DNA from: Octopus sinensis
Lineage: Eukaryota
Length of the DNA stretch: 64,000 nucleotides
Assembly: GCF_006345805.1 (NCBI RefSeq)
Contig: NC_043005.1
Coordinates: forward strand, 42,470,001-42,534,000
Direction of reading: 5' to 3'
Part shown: positions 1 through 12,939 of the stretch, one piece after another
Layout: each line of letters opens with the position of its first letter
Numbering within the stretch: position 1 is the stretch's first letter
Translations under genes and position numbers: made by a program
The notes under the pieces: model-generated
The model's input: the letters and a program-made list of their open reading frames with translations, nothing else
The model's database searches: none
Told to the model about the DNA's origin: nothing

Positions 1-1071
1 TCTGTGTCAAAAATACTCCCCCAGTATTGTTCTGACCTCGTCTACAGAATTCATATTTTTTCCATCAAAATGATTTTGAAGTTTGCAGAATCCAGCGAAG
101 ATGGTGGGTGGGGCATCGTCTCCCATTCAAACTACTCCAGCCTTTGGAATGTCATCTTGGCGGTATGTGGCTGAACATTATCCTGATGGATGAACACCAT
201 TTGTCTTGAAACAAAACATGGTCGTTTTTCTTCTAGTGCTGACTTAAGCCGTTCAAGCTGCTCGCAGTAGATCGCGTTTGTTATCGTTTGGTTTAGGTTT
301 AATTCAAAGTGGACTAAACCTGTCATATTCCACCAAACAGATAACAACATTTTATGAAGGTGAAGTCCTTCTTCCTGGGGTACCTGTGTTTCTCCTTTCC
401 CTACCCACTGTCTTCGGGGCTTGGAATTTTTATAGAGAACCTCGTCACCAGTCACTATTTGGTCCAAAAAAGGTTCATTTGTGAGGCATGACAGTAAAGA
501 AGAGCACACATTCATTCTCTGCGCGCGATTAGACTCGGAAAGTTTGTGAGGAACCCATTGACCCAAATTGCTGACTTATACGATGGCACGCGGGTTTCGA
601 TGAATGGCTGAGTGACCAAATTCAAGCATCTATGCTTGTTCCTTAAGATTTACGATGGGATTTTGTTCCACTAGGGTTGCAGTACCTCCACGTCGACCTC
701 TACAGATCTTCCAGGACGAGGCTCGTCTTCTAAACTGTTGTTTCCGACTCTTAATTTCTGGAACCCCCGTTGACACTGGCATACGCTTATTGTACGATCC
801 CCAAATACTGCATTATTACCCCTCGCACTTTAGTTGTGTTGTTGGCCTTATTGAACTCATAACGCAAAATATCCCAAATATTCTCCTTTGTCACTTCCAT
901 TATAGCTTTGTAAAAAATAACTGTTAAAATCGAACTGCACTCTTCAAAACTTGCACTAAGAATAAGTACAAAGTAAAATTACTACCTGCTTTTATAGCAA
1001 GTTGATGCGGGTAGTTTATCCTGTCACCCTCCGATTTTAGCTCATGCATTTGAAATAATGGGATGACCCAA
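1..1071 (-). mobile_element. Mariner (Tc1/mariner) element, decayed; truncated by window start
   Basis: ATG at 900 gives MEVTKENIWDILRYEFNK...EDEPRPGRS (HTH region). ORF 132-566 has WVPHKL, IVTGDE and HQDNVQPH. TIR GGGATGACCCAA ends at 1071, followed by TA. Confidence 0.92.
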
Positions 1072-1118
1072 TATATACACTGACAGGGGAGACAAACGCC
1101 TCAAGAGGCTCTATAGAG

Positions 1119-1169
1119 TCACTAGACTAGACTAGTTTCGCCTATCTGTCGTAGGCTCATCAGTAGTGA
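1119..1169 (-). ncRNA. Type I hammerhead ribozyme with intact catalytic core
   Basis: Minus strand reads UCACUA CUGAUGA GCCUA-CGACAGA-UAGGC GAA ACUA-GUC-UAGU C UAGUGA: full core, three Watson-Crick stems, GUC cleavage triplet. Confidence 0.85.
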
Positions 1170-1344
1170 TTACTCAAATGCTCGGTAGCTTGGCTAAATC
1201 CGGCAGTCTGTGTATGTATTTTTACCCTAAAAATTTATGGCTGATTTAGTGAAATGCTAAGGTGTATATGAAATATTAATATAAGAAGGTAGGCGCAATA
1301 TAATGCTATAACACACATACACACACATATGCGTGCGTGTGTGT

Positions 1345-1423
<79 letters not shown>

Positions 1424-1440
1424 TGTGTGCGTGTGACTAT

Positions 1441-1650
1441 GTGTCTGTGTTTGTCTCCCAACATCACCTGACAATTGGTATTGACGCAACTTAACTGTTC
1501 GGTAACTTTACTGTTCGGCAAAAGAGACCGATAGAATAAGGAGCAGCCTTAGAAAGAAAATGGGTACTCGAGTCGATTAGTTCGACTAAAATTCGTCAGA
1601 GCATTGCTCCAGCATGACCGCGGTCTAATAACTGAAACAGTTAAATGATA
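1441..1650 (+). mobile_element. SINE family F1, 3' half (after a (GT)n tract)
   Basis: CGGCAAAAGAGACCGATAGAATAAG...CTCCAGCATGACCGC...ACTGAAAC matches the other F1 copies. Confidence 0.8.
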
Positions 1651-2261
1651 TAATATAAAATGTATACGCATATATTTACATGTATACCTACCTACCTACC
1701 TATCTACCTACAGGCATACATACATACATATATCTATCCATACATACATACATACATGCATCCATCCATCCATCCATACATACATACATACATACATACA
1801 TACATACATTCATGCATGCATGCATGAATACATACATACATATACACTGACATTCATGCATACATATATATGTGCGTGCGCACGTATGTGTGTGCTTGTG
1901 TATAAATAAGGCAAAGAATGGAGTAGCAAGCTTTCTTTAATTCGCTCTGCAGGTTTCAGACAGGTGGTTGGCATTTAGAAATTCTGAGCTACAGTAATCA
2001 TGTATATTAATCGATCTAATATTTGATCGACTAAAATTCTATTGAGTCAAAGAACTTTAACGCAATTAAGGCAGATCAATAGCAGGTAAACTAGCAATAT
2101 TTGGCAAGGTATTTCAGCAGACTTACCTATTAGTGCTTATCAGATCATGCTAGAGGTGTATGATAATACTTAGGTTTCTAAATCTCACTCATCTACTTGA
2201 ACAATGTGAAACAGACGTTAAACAATGTGAATACAATTTGAAACAGACGTTAAATTAATAA

Positions 2262-2508
2262 TAATCCTTTCTACTAAAGGCACAATTTTGGGGGAGGGGT
2301 TAAGTCGATTGTATCGACCCCCAGTGTTCAGCTGGTACATATTTTATCGACTCCGATGATATGTTCAACTGGTACTTATTTTATCGACCCCGAAAGGCTG
2401 AAAGGTAAAGTTGACCTCGGCAGAATTTGAACTCTGAACCTAAGGACGTACGAAATGCCGCGAAGCATTTTGCCCAGCGTGCTAACAATTCTGCCAGCTC
2501 GCCACCTT
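2262..2508 (-). mobile_element. SINE family F2 (tRNA head, Meta-like central domain)
   Basis: Reverse complement of the AGGCGGCGAGCTGGCAGAA... F2 consensus, with a short internal duplication near 2340-2390. Confidence 0.85.
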
Positions 2509-3154
2509 ATTAATCTTAATAATAACACCCATTAAACATCATAACAGTAACAATTATAATAATTATAAAAATAAGTAAATTAGCAGAAGTAAAATAATTA
2601 GAATAATTTGATAAAATAATTTGATAAAGTAATCAGATAAATAATTATATAAGATAAATATTAGTGTAACAACTAAATAATTTTGCTCGAGTAAGATATG
2701 CCAAATATACAGGGCAGTGAAAGTCAGATCCAAACTATTATATTAAGATACACAAATAAGTATCCCATTTATTTTGCTAAGGTTTGAAAGGTTCGTAAAT
2801 TTGAACTGACATTCTTCGGTTTTTGAACTTGGGATCTGCAAGTGAGAGACAGCGGTAAGTGGAAATTTTACGGTCGACGTGGATTACAATGGCTTTCATA
2901 GGACAGTTAGTTACGGAGTGCTTATAAAGTATTTAGCTCCATCTTCATACATCAAGAATTTAAATCAGTTGATCAAGTCATCAATTGATTGTCTAATTAA
3001 TTGATTTATTTGATCCGAAATGGTGGAACTCCGGGGTATAGAGTTAACTGAGAGTTTTATTCATTCAAGTGTCCTGCTCGCTTACAATCAATGTGCCATA
3101 AATAAGAATGATTTTTCGTGACTTGGGACATGACTGCCCTCTTTAGTATGTGAA

Positions 3155-3232
3155 CTCAAAACGTAAAGACAGACGAAATACTGCTAAGCATTTCGCCCGG
3201 CGTGCTAACTTTTCTGCCAGCTCGCCGCCTCA
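3155..3232 (-). mobile_element. SINE F2 head fragment
   Basis: CTAAGCATTTCGCCCGGCGTGCTAAC...CTGCCAGCTCGCCGCCT is the reverse complement of the F2 head. Confidence 0.75.
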
Positions 3233-3289
3233 TCTTAGTTAAAAAATGTTAACGAAGGAAAATAGAGGGAATCTTCTAGCAATGATATT

Positions 3290-3960
3290 TTTTAACGAAG
3301 CAGCCCCTTTCTTTATGAGGACGATCTGAAAGCAAGTGCGTTTAAGAGCAAAATTAGGTATACTCATAACACAGAACCACCTGATGCCGGAAAGTCATCT
3401 GGTACCCAATCCTATTCTTCAGACGTCGCAACCATAGGCAATATCTTATTATCATTTATAGATGAATTCCTCCCTATGCAACACAGATACACAAAACATT
3501 TATATAGACAGAATTTCATGGTAATCTTTAATTTTATACCCTCGACCTCAAAAGCATAGCTTTACAAAATTATACAACACATGGAGATGGTTGCTCTTTC
3601 AGAAATGGAGAACTGTACCCACTGGATGGAACATGTAATACCAAAGCTATAACATATGAATCGTCAATCACAGCAAATGATACGCTGAACCCCCATATGC
3701 ACGAAGAAGAACGTGGTGCTTGCAGTAAGCAACATTAAAACAGTATTCAATAGCTCCACTTTCAGAAACTGGAACACAAGTAAAACAACAGGGTTTTCCA
3801 GCTACATCTGGGATTTAAAACAGACGTCCGTCAATCATTCTATCAACTAGAAGATTCTAAAAAGATGTAAGCCTTACAAAATCCTAACAGGACACTAGCA
3901 CGCGTTTTAAATACTAAAGGTGAAAATGTGGGAGCTGTTCATGCGCTACAAAATACATTC
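3290..3960 (+). pseudogene. Penelope-like element relic (post-RT linker and GIY-YIG C-terminus)
   Basis: Frameshifted translations NEAAPF, YSSDVATIGNILLSFIDEFLP and FSSYIWDLKQ...KILKRCKPY resemble PLE motifs (WFNPPYS..TNIG; LSKYIWELK). Confidence 0.65.
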
Positions 3961-4416
3961 TCAGATTTTGATTTCCTTCAACAGAAAAGCAAGCGCTCGT
4001 ATAAACTTTTATACTTTATGATTCCAACTTAAGTATTTACTAATTTTTATCAGACTTTATTAATTTTTATCAAATTTTACTAATTAGTATAAATATCATT
4101 AATCTTATCAATCTATATAGAATTATGCACATATGTTCATGGGTGAGTGGTTGTATGCTTAAGTGCGTGGGTGTATATTTACTTATTCATTTGTGTAAGC
4201 CTAGAGCAATGTGCGTGTATATATATATGTAATACTTGTATATTTATCGATAATTTTATACTCATATTTCTGTGCCGATTTTTACATCATATATTTTTTA
4301 CATTTTTCAATTGTTGATGCATTATACATACATACATACGTACGTACGTACGTACATACGTACATACATACATACATACATACATACATACATACATACA
4401 TACATACATACGTACG

Positions 4417-4452
<36 letters not shown>

Positions 4453-4605
4453 TATATATGTATGTATATATATAGTAATATATTTATTTATATACGTGTT
4501 TTCGTGCGTGTTTATGTCTTTGCGTGTGTACGTATGTAAATATATATGTATGTGAGTGTTTATATATACATATATATATATACATGTGTGTGTTTGTGCG
4601 TGTAT

Positions 4606-4649
<44 letters not shown>

Positions 4650-4684
4650 GGATATATGTATATATGTATGTATATATGTATATG

Positions 4685-4725
<41 letters not shown>

Positions 4726-5239
4726 TAGCTCCACAATATCATATAGCACATTTGAATCGCTTTATATTGTTTCAGTTCATTTCATTACATTTGATATCAT
4801 ACATTACACAAAATTATATCATATAATATTTGGTTTCATCTAATTATATTATACGTTTTACTATTTTGTTTCATATCACACTACTTAAATTTATTTAATC
4901 TTTTCTTTATATATACTTTTATGGACGGTGCTGAGTTATCAATCATTTAAACCAAATTTTCTCAAAACAACTTGTCCGAACGTCCCATAGGCCCCACCCC
5001 TTTAAGAAACACTGATTTAACCTAAATTTGAGACATCAGTAAAAGATAGACTTTTTTCTATTCCAAAGAAAAACGATTTTATTCACACAAATATGCAACC
5101 GAAGAGTTTAAAGTACCAGTAATGATAAGGTTGTTGACTGGGAGAACACAAACATGGTTTAAACAGTAAGCTTGGCAGGAAAGAAACGTGCCCATTTTCC
5201 TTTTCCAGATAATACTAGCATACTGCCTAAAAAGAGAGC

Positions 5240-6230
5240 ACGCATTGGCAGAGAGTCTTCTGCAGTGGCAAGGCAGTAGTGCTAGCAGGCTAAGGAAGCT
5301 GAGGACTAGAGATCATGTAGACAGTTGAAAAAAGCTGCCGCTGCTAGACTTGCAACTACTCCAGAGCAGCATGAAACCTATCGAGTGCAAGGGCCGCAGA
5401 AACCCCAAAAAGGAGTGCTATCAGTCGGGCACGCAACGCTGCATCCACTTCTGCCACAAGGTTGGCAGATGACGAAAACCGTCGCATGATGAGACTTCAG
5501 TTTAATGTTCACCGGAAGGTTCTTGCCTATGGCTATCTGGAGCCATTGAATAGTCGATGGGCATGAAAGGCACACAACTGTGATCCTGCTGAGGGTCACA
5601 CCACTCATTGAGAGACTGCTACGGGGGATATGTCTGTAATATGTCCATTTTGCAAGGCCCTCAAATGTGTTGGAGAATATCCAGTGGCCTATGCTGCTCA
5701 AACGGAAATGGTTCGTTTGCCTGACCTGCAAAACACTCGTCAGCTTTTGCTCTCTTTACTCCTTGGTCAACATCTTGATTTGCAGCAATTTATGGAGAAA
5801 ATTGACGCTTATAACACTGCCTTCCAGATGACAAGTTTCGGTCACAAACCCATTCATGAAGACTCCTATATGTCAACGTTCAAAATTCAGACTCAAATCT
5901 ATCATTGGATAGGTTCTATTCTTCCTGTCAACAACGCTGAATACTGATTCCTTCAAATTTACTTCATGGGAGATACCACTGAGCAAATGGCTCGCCGAGT
6001 TCAGGTGGCACCTGGAACAAATATGCCTCTTTTGAATGAACTTCAGGAAATGCTCCACACCACCAACCAATATGTGAAGGACTTCATAACTGCTGTAGAA
6101 CACCGACATACAGACGAGCCTGAATTCAAAGTTATCATAAGGAGTGACCGAACGCCTATCAGAGAGCACCAAGGATGATTTAACCAGTCCCAAAATGACG
6201 AAAATGCAGTTCTGCCCTACCATCCTGATA
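5240..6230 (+). pseudogene. Helitron Rep/helicase N-terminal fragment
   Basis: MSVICPFCKALK...YNTAFQMTSFG...FKIQTQIYHWIGSILP..*FLQIYFMGD...LQEMLHTTNQYVKDF...FKVIIRSDRTP. Typical Helitron N-terminal blocks; broken by stops. Confidence 0.85.
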
Positions 6231-7355
6231 AAGCCACACCATCGACTACATGGCTACGTTCTTCACCAATACATCAACATGGTTTTTCATGTCGACTCTT
6301 TAGCAGCTGTTTCGACACACCAACATGGGACGGCAGAGGATGGTCTACAAGAGTTTACATTCTCGTGGTGTGGACTAGACAACATTCTGACTTTGGTCTG
6401 AATGGCTAAAAACTCGTATACATTGCAATCATTCTCCAGTTTTCATTGTGCGTTACCGGCGGACATGATCCTTTTCAGTCCTTCATGAAGGCTCATTAGT
6501 GACTGTCGTTATATGCAGGGGGACAACTCTAAGTAAATTCTCTGCTCACAATAAGACTCATGCTGGTTATTTTGAGTACGTATATATATATATGTATCCT
6601 GCTCACTTTTACCGTCATTACAACCTCACTATTATCTGTCTGCCTGTCAACCCGACATCTTTTCACTGCGAACTGCTAAAGATTCAAAGTAGTATTCGTG
6701 AACTGAAGTCAAACTCTTCACGTCTTCATTTCGATTTCAGAGTGGTCGTACACTGTAAGTATGTAGCAAATACGTTCCTTTAACTCTATTTTTTCAAGTA
6801 GATATTATATTGCCATTTTCAACGTACCAATCATACTTCTCTCCGAAAAAATAGCTCCCTTTGCTGTTCAATAAAATAAAATCGCAGAGGGGAAGTTTCA
6901 ACATCTTCCTTCAATTTCCTTAAGCTATTATGTGGCTGATTCAAACAAGAAATTTCACTTTCAAGTAAAACAACTATATTCTGCAGTCACTATCTGCACT
7001 CTATTTCCAAATCACTTCAGTAGCTCTACTTTACATCGCTTGTAAACTTATATATTCTATGATCATTAAAGTGCAACGACCTCCACAATAATCAGTCTTC
7101 AATTTGGTTTTCTGTTCCTAGGTTAATCAGATACATAGATTGCAGTGCTACTCATAAAGCTTCTCGGTAGTTCAACTATTTGGTGAAAAAACTACCAAAA
7201 AAGCAACTTTAACCGTTCAGAGGACTGGTGCGTTTGCTAGTATTCATATATATTTATCATATATGTATATATATATATGTGCATTTGTACATATTGTTTA
7301 ATATATGTGTGTAGATATGTATACATATATACAATTATATATAAATGTATGTATG

Positions 7356-7435
<80 letters not shown>

Positions 7436-7866
7436 GTATGTATATTTATCTATATACATGTATGTGTATATATATATGTGTGTATATGTCTATCCGCGCG
7501 CATGTGTTTATTATCTGTTCTTGCTTCTTACGATCCCTGTTCAATACTTGCCATGAATAAACTGCATTCCATCGTTCTTCATTTTCTGGATGGCAATACA
7601 AATCCTGTATTTGATTGTATTCATTACTTTCTCTCCCTTTTTCTCTTCGGATGTCAGACCCTCGAACTTCTGTGGATGAAATTGGTTGTGGTGAGACCTT
7701 AAGAAAAATGACGTACCCTAAACCGAAAATGTCCGCACACAACAGCGGTATCAATGCGACTCCGTCAAGCACTTTAGTTGCGAAGCGAAGACAAGGACAA
7801 GCATACGTATGTGTGTGTGTAATTGCGTACGTATAATATATATAAAAGATATATATATATATGTAT

Positions 7867-7944
<78 letters not shown>

Positions 7945-7945
<1 letters not shown>

Positions 7946-8386
7946 CTTTTATTTGTTTCAGTCACCTGACTGCCATGCTGGGGCACCTCCTTGAAGGGAT
8001 TTTTAAATCCAACTTTTATAGATTTTATTTTAGTCAAACAAATTGACCCCAGGACATGTTTTTTTCAAAGCTTAGTACTTACTCTATAACTTATCTGTCT
8101 CTTTTGCAGAACCGCTAAGTTACGTGGACGTAAACACACCAACACCTATTGTCAAGCGGTGGTGGGGGGCAAATACAAACACAAACACACACTCACACAC
8201 ATAACTATATTCATATATATACGAAGGACTTCTTTGAGTTTCCCCTATACCAAATCCTCTGAGAAGGCTTTGGTCGGCTCGGAGGCTATAGTCGGAGACA
8301 CTTGCCCAAAGTACCACGCAGTGAGACTGAACTCAGAACCATGTGGTTGGAAAGCAGACTGTTTACCACACAGACACGCCTGCGCC
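7945..8386 (-). mobile_element. SINE F1, near full length
   Basis: Head AGGCGCAGGCGTGTCTGTGTGGTAA and tail GCATGGCAGTCAGGTGACTGAAAC on the minus strand. Confidence 0.85.
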
Positions 8387-8399
8387 TCTCTCTCTCTCT

Positions 8400-8468
<69 letters not shown>

Positions 8469-8472
<4 letters not shown>

Positions 8473-8730
8473 TGTATAGAGGGCATTATTACACATAAAT
8501 GCCTCACACTAAGAGGGACAAAGTCATTACTACCAAAATTATACTAATCATACCCAAATGCAGTTTTTCAAAGCAAGACATTTAAAAAATGAATTTTTTA
8601 AAAAATTCATTTTTTAAATGTCTTGCTTTGAAAAACTGCATTTGGGTATGATTAGTATAATTTTGGTAGTAATGACTTTGTCCCTCTTAGTGTGAGGCAT
8701 TTATGTGTAATAATGCCCTCTATACAATAT
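8469..8730. repeat. Perfect 262-bp palindrome with no spacer
   Basis: Arms mirror about 8599/8600 (GAATTTTTT|AAAAAATTC); I saw no mismatch by eye. Confidence 0.9.
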
Positions 8731-9334
8731 AGATATAATTAATTTGTTCAAAAGAAAAAAATTATTTTCGAATTCTTTTCTTTTATGAGGTTTTCACGCT
8801 AGCTGCCCGATAATTTCTTGTTAAGATCCCTTATTAAGAGATTATCCTTAATTGTTAAACTTATATATATATAAAGAGAGAGAGAGAGAGAGAGAGAGTG
8901 AGATGCATACACTAAGGTATAGTCATATATAAATTTGCACGCATACATCTACTGTATTCATATGTATTTGGTGGGTTCAGAAGGTGGTGAAGAGGGACAA
9001 AGAGATGTTAATCTATACAATAATAGGTCTCCAGACAAAATATTTACAATTTTTTATCCTATGAAACATTGAATTTAAATACAACTCTATAAAAGTTTAT
9101 TCTGCTAGATTTAATTTTAATAACTGAATTGTCAAGATAAATAATACTACAATTTAGATAATACGGCAGTGAATATCAATAAGTCTACATACAATATATC
9201 TAATACAATGATATTAAATAACATTTGAATCAATACAAATAATACTAGAGTCAATTTAAATACCACTGCAGTCGATTTTTCTACTGAAATATAGTCTGTA
9301 TTGTTGTCAATTCAATGAAATATATTATTATTTT

Positions 9335-9601
9335 CGTTTGTTTCAGTTTTTGAGCTGTGACCATGATGGAGCACTACCTTGAAGGGTTTCAGTCGAACAA
9401 ATCGACCCCTGTACTTATTTTTAAGTATGTTGCGTATACTTTCGGTCTTTTACTGCCAAACCGCTAAATTTTCGGTGTCGCAAACAAGCCAACAGCAGCT
9501 GTGGAGCGGTGGTCGAGGACAAACACAAACGTTTAGTCAAAGACACTCATTCACGCATACACACGCATATGCACACACACAAACACACATACGCACGCAC
9601 G

Positions 9602-9660
<59 letters not shown>

Positions 9661-9730
9661 TGAACGGCCTTCTTTCAGTTTTCCGTCAGCAAAATCCACT
9701 CTGAAAGGTTTGGTCAGTCGAGGGCTGGAG
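9335..9730 (-). mobile_element. SINE F1 lacking most of the head
   Basis: Tail, body and internal (CA)n match F1. Confidence 0.75.
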
Positions 9731-9966
9731 GAGAAAATGAATAGAAAGAAAGAGAGAAAGAGAAAAAAGGAGAGAGAAAGAGAGAGAGAGAGAGAAAGAA
9801 AGAAAGAAGGAAAGAAAGGAAGGAAGGAAGAAAGAAAAGAAGAAAGAAAGTGAGAAAGGAAGGATGGAAGGAAAAAAGACAGAAAAGTTGAAACAAGAAA
9901 GAAAGATGCAAAAATACGTGTGCGAGTGCGTGCGTGTGTGTGTATTTGTGTGTGTATGTGTGTGTG

Positions 9967-10001
<35 letters not shown>

Positions 10002-10029
10002 AGAGAGAGTACAGAAATCATACAAGATC

Positions 10030-10375
10030 CTGGTCGTATATGAAGGAAGTATCGGAAGAATGACCTGTGACCCTCTTGAACCGGTGTACAACTTATGCGA
10101 ATTTCTAATACGTCGGTACAATAAAGTATCCTATATCTTGGAAGAACCAAACAATCACTTTCTATGGACGGTGATATATGTGTTACCAATTTAGTTGTTA
10201 TACTCCAACGTTGCACTTGCAAGGTTTTGGAAATGCTGTTATAGCGATCATTAATTTCTTCACATTTTATTAGTTGCTCTCTAATACTACTAAATAGCGT
10301 GGAAACCATTCTCCTTAATTTTTATCACAAATTGCCGAGGGTCTTGGTTTTTAACCATGGGACCTTAAAGTTCGA
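10030..10375 (-). pseudogene. Decayed coding repeat, homologous to 12940-13200; possibly a PLE N-terminal region
   Basis: SNFKVPWLKTKTLGNL**KLRRMVSTLFSSIREQLIKCEE aligns with SNF*VPWLKKKTLGKL**KIRRIVSTLFINSKELLIKCED. Family assignment is a guess. Confidence 0.4.
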
Positions 10376-10393
10376 AGGTTGTTATTATTTGTA

Positions 10394-10959
10394 TTGGGTT
10401 GTCCGGAAAGTTCATGCCGATTTATAGTAGCTTACATTTCGACTTATTTTAGAATACCGTTGAATCCATAAAATAGGATTTGACTACACCTCCATATAGA
10501 ACACATTTTAAGCTATCTTTTCGTGGAAGAAAGTTTATGTTCCTATAACCTGTGTTAATTCTGTAACCCTTTAAAACGGAAGATAAGAAAGTTCATTTTC
10601 GGCACTTGATGCTTTGGGAACCAGACAAAGATTGCTACAGCTCGGCTGGGATGTGTTACCCCACTCTCCATATTCATCAGATATTGCTCCTTCAGATTTC
10701 TACTTATTCAGGTCTCTGCAGAATAGTCTTAATGGTAAAAATTTCAATTCCTTGGATGACGTAAAAAGATACCTTGATGAATTGTTTGCCATGAAACCAC
10801 CTCATTTCTGGGAAGAGGGTATTTTCAAGTTAAAGGAAAGACTGAGACGCATTGTGCAACAAAATGGTTCATATTTGGTTGATTAAAAATGTAATGGCAA
10901 GTATTTATTTACCTTTTACTTTCCTTTAAAAATCGGCACGAACTTTCCGGACAACCCAA
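10394..10959 (+). mobile_element. Internally deleted mariner (566 bp)
   Basis: 30-bp TIRs TTGGGTTGTCCGGAAAGTTC(A/G)TGCCGATTT (29/30 identical), TA on both sides. N-terminal EDKKVHFRHLMLW joins directly to C-terminal LPHSPYSSDIAPSDFYLFRSL. Confidence 0.93.
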
Positions 10960-11073
10960 TATTATGTACAAGGCGGCGAGATTGTAGCAGCTCTGTGTTT
11001 GATATTGGCTAATACATTCCAGGTGTAAGTTCTTTTAATTCTTGCTGTTTTGTTATTTGCTATTTTTACTTTC

Positions 11074-11481
11074 GATTTGCCTGTGTGGTAAGAAGCTTGC
11101 TTCCAACCACAAGATTCCAGATTCAATGCCACTGCGTGGCACCTAAGACAAGTGTCTTCTACTATAGCCTCGGGCCAATCAAAGACTTGTGAATAGATTT
11201 AGTAGGTTAAAACTGAATGAAGCCCGTTATGTATATATATGTATCTATATGTGTGAGTTTTTGTATTATGTTTGTACCACCACCATCGATTGACAACCGG
11301 TGTTGGTGTGTTAACGTCTCCGTAACGTGGCGGTTTGGCAAAAGAGACAGATAAGATATGTACTTGACTTTTAAAAAATAATTCCTGGGGACGAATTGTT
11401 TGACTAAAAAGAAAACCTTTGAAGGCGGTGCTCCAGCATGGTCACAGTCAGAGTACCAAAACAAGTAAAAGAATGAAAGAA
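11074..11481 (+). mobile_element. SINE F1
   Basis: CTGTGTGGTAAGAAGCTTGC head through GGCGGTGCTCCAGCATGG...AAACAAGTAAAAGA tail. Confidence 0.85.
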
Positions 11482-11522
11482 TATATATATATATATAATA
11501 TATATATATATATGTATGTTTG

Positions 11523-11585
<63 letters not shown>

Positions 11586-12361
11586 TATATATAAAGAGAG
11601 AGCGAGAGAGAAGATAGAGTGAGAATGAGAGAGAGATATTTACCTATGCATGTTTGTATGTATTTATGTGTATATATATGATAATAGTTTTAAATTCGTA
11701 TTTTTAAGGAATTTTTAAAAAGCAACAGAACGTTTATTAATAGTGGGAAATTTATGATGAGTTAAATTTTGACTGAGTCTTCAAGTTCCACTAAGTGCAT
11801 ATTCAACAAGTACTGAGAAAATATTCTTTTTATTTAATATTTAAATGAAGAAAAATGATGGAAAGCTTTATTTTACCGATATTGTGTATCCTCCTATATA
11901 TTAAATATTAAGACCAGTAAAATAGTGGCAGTTATTATGAAGAATTGCGACAGGTCTAATAGCAAATAGGTGACTGCAATTTACATTTATTTACACTGCT
12001 GTTCGAAACAAACTGTAATCCAAATACTTTCTACTTGTGTTTCGCTCTAGTTTTCGTCAAACTGCGACAGCAATAACCATCTTAGCAGTTGTCCCTTACT
12101 AATACATCAACCTCTCGACTTAAATTTAATTGATTTTTTTTTGCACTTCATTCTTACGTGTGTATGTGTGTATCTGTACGTGTGTTATAAATTGCCATGT
12201 AAATTGTCCTATGAAGAACATTATTTGACGAAACATTACGTGGATTATTTGTGTATAAATGCGGCAGTATTAATAATGTGTTACACACATATATCGATAT
12301 ATTTTAGCAAATTGCAAAACCAATAATTTTTTCAGGAGGAGAGTAATGGTTTGAATCGGCT

Positions 12362-12555
12362 ATATCATACTGGTTTCAAATTTTGGCACAAAGCCATCGA
12401 CCCCAATGCTTAACTAGTACTAATTTTATCGATCCGGAGAATATGAGATACAAAGTCGACCTCTGAGGCATTTGATCTCAGAAGGTAAAGTCTATAAATG
12501 TGCTGCGAAACATTTTCCCTAGCGTGCTAACGATTCTACCAGCACGTCGCCCTAA
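12362..12555 (-). mobile_element. SINE F2, diverged
   Basis: AAGTCGACCTCTGAGGCATTTGATCTCAGAA...CGTGCTAACGATTCTACCAGC. Confidence 0.7.
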
Positions 12556-12939
12556 TTGGCTATATATTTTGCTATTACTTTCAATATTCATTCTTCAATC
12601 CAAAAAATATAGGTAAACTTCAATCGATTCTCAGAGAAAATAAAAGAGTAAAACAGCCAACACGGTATTCTGCTTCATTTTATCTTGATAGGTCAATTAT
12701 TTGGTTACTGAATAATAACCTCTGTCCACCTTTAGCGTGTATCTCTAGAAAATAGATTAGACTACAAATTGTAACTCTATCTTGAAGTAGCTATATAGCG
12801 TGATAAAAAAAGTACAGTATATCGACATGACCTAAGTAAAAGCTGTATGTTTATGACTATTTTAGTTACCTGCAAAGTGTACTAATTTCTGTGTGCCTGT
12901 TTTATGCAACCGCTTTCCTCAAGGAAGGCAAGAAAAAGT

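Noticed and set aside
7446-7836. Overlapping non-repetitive ORFs on both strands
   Set aside because: No motif recognised in any frame; bounded by microsatellites.
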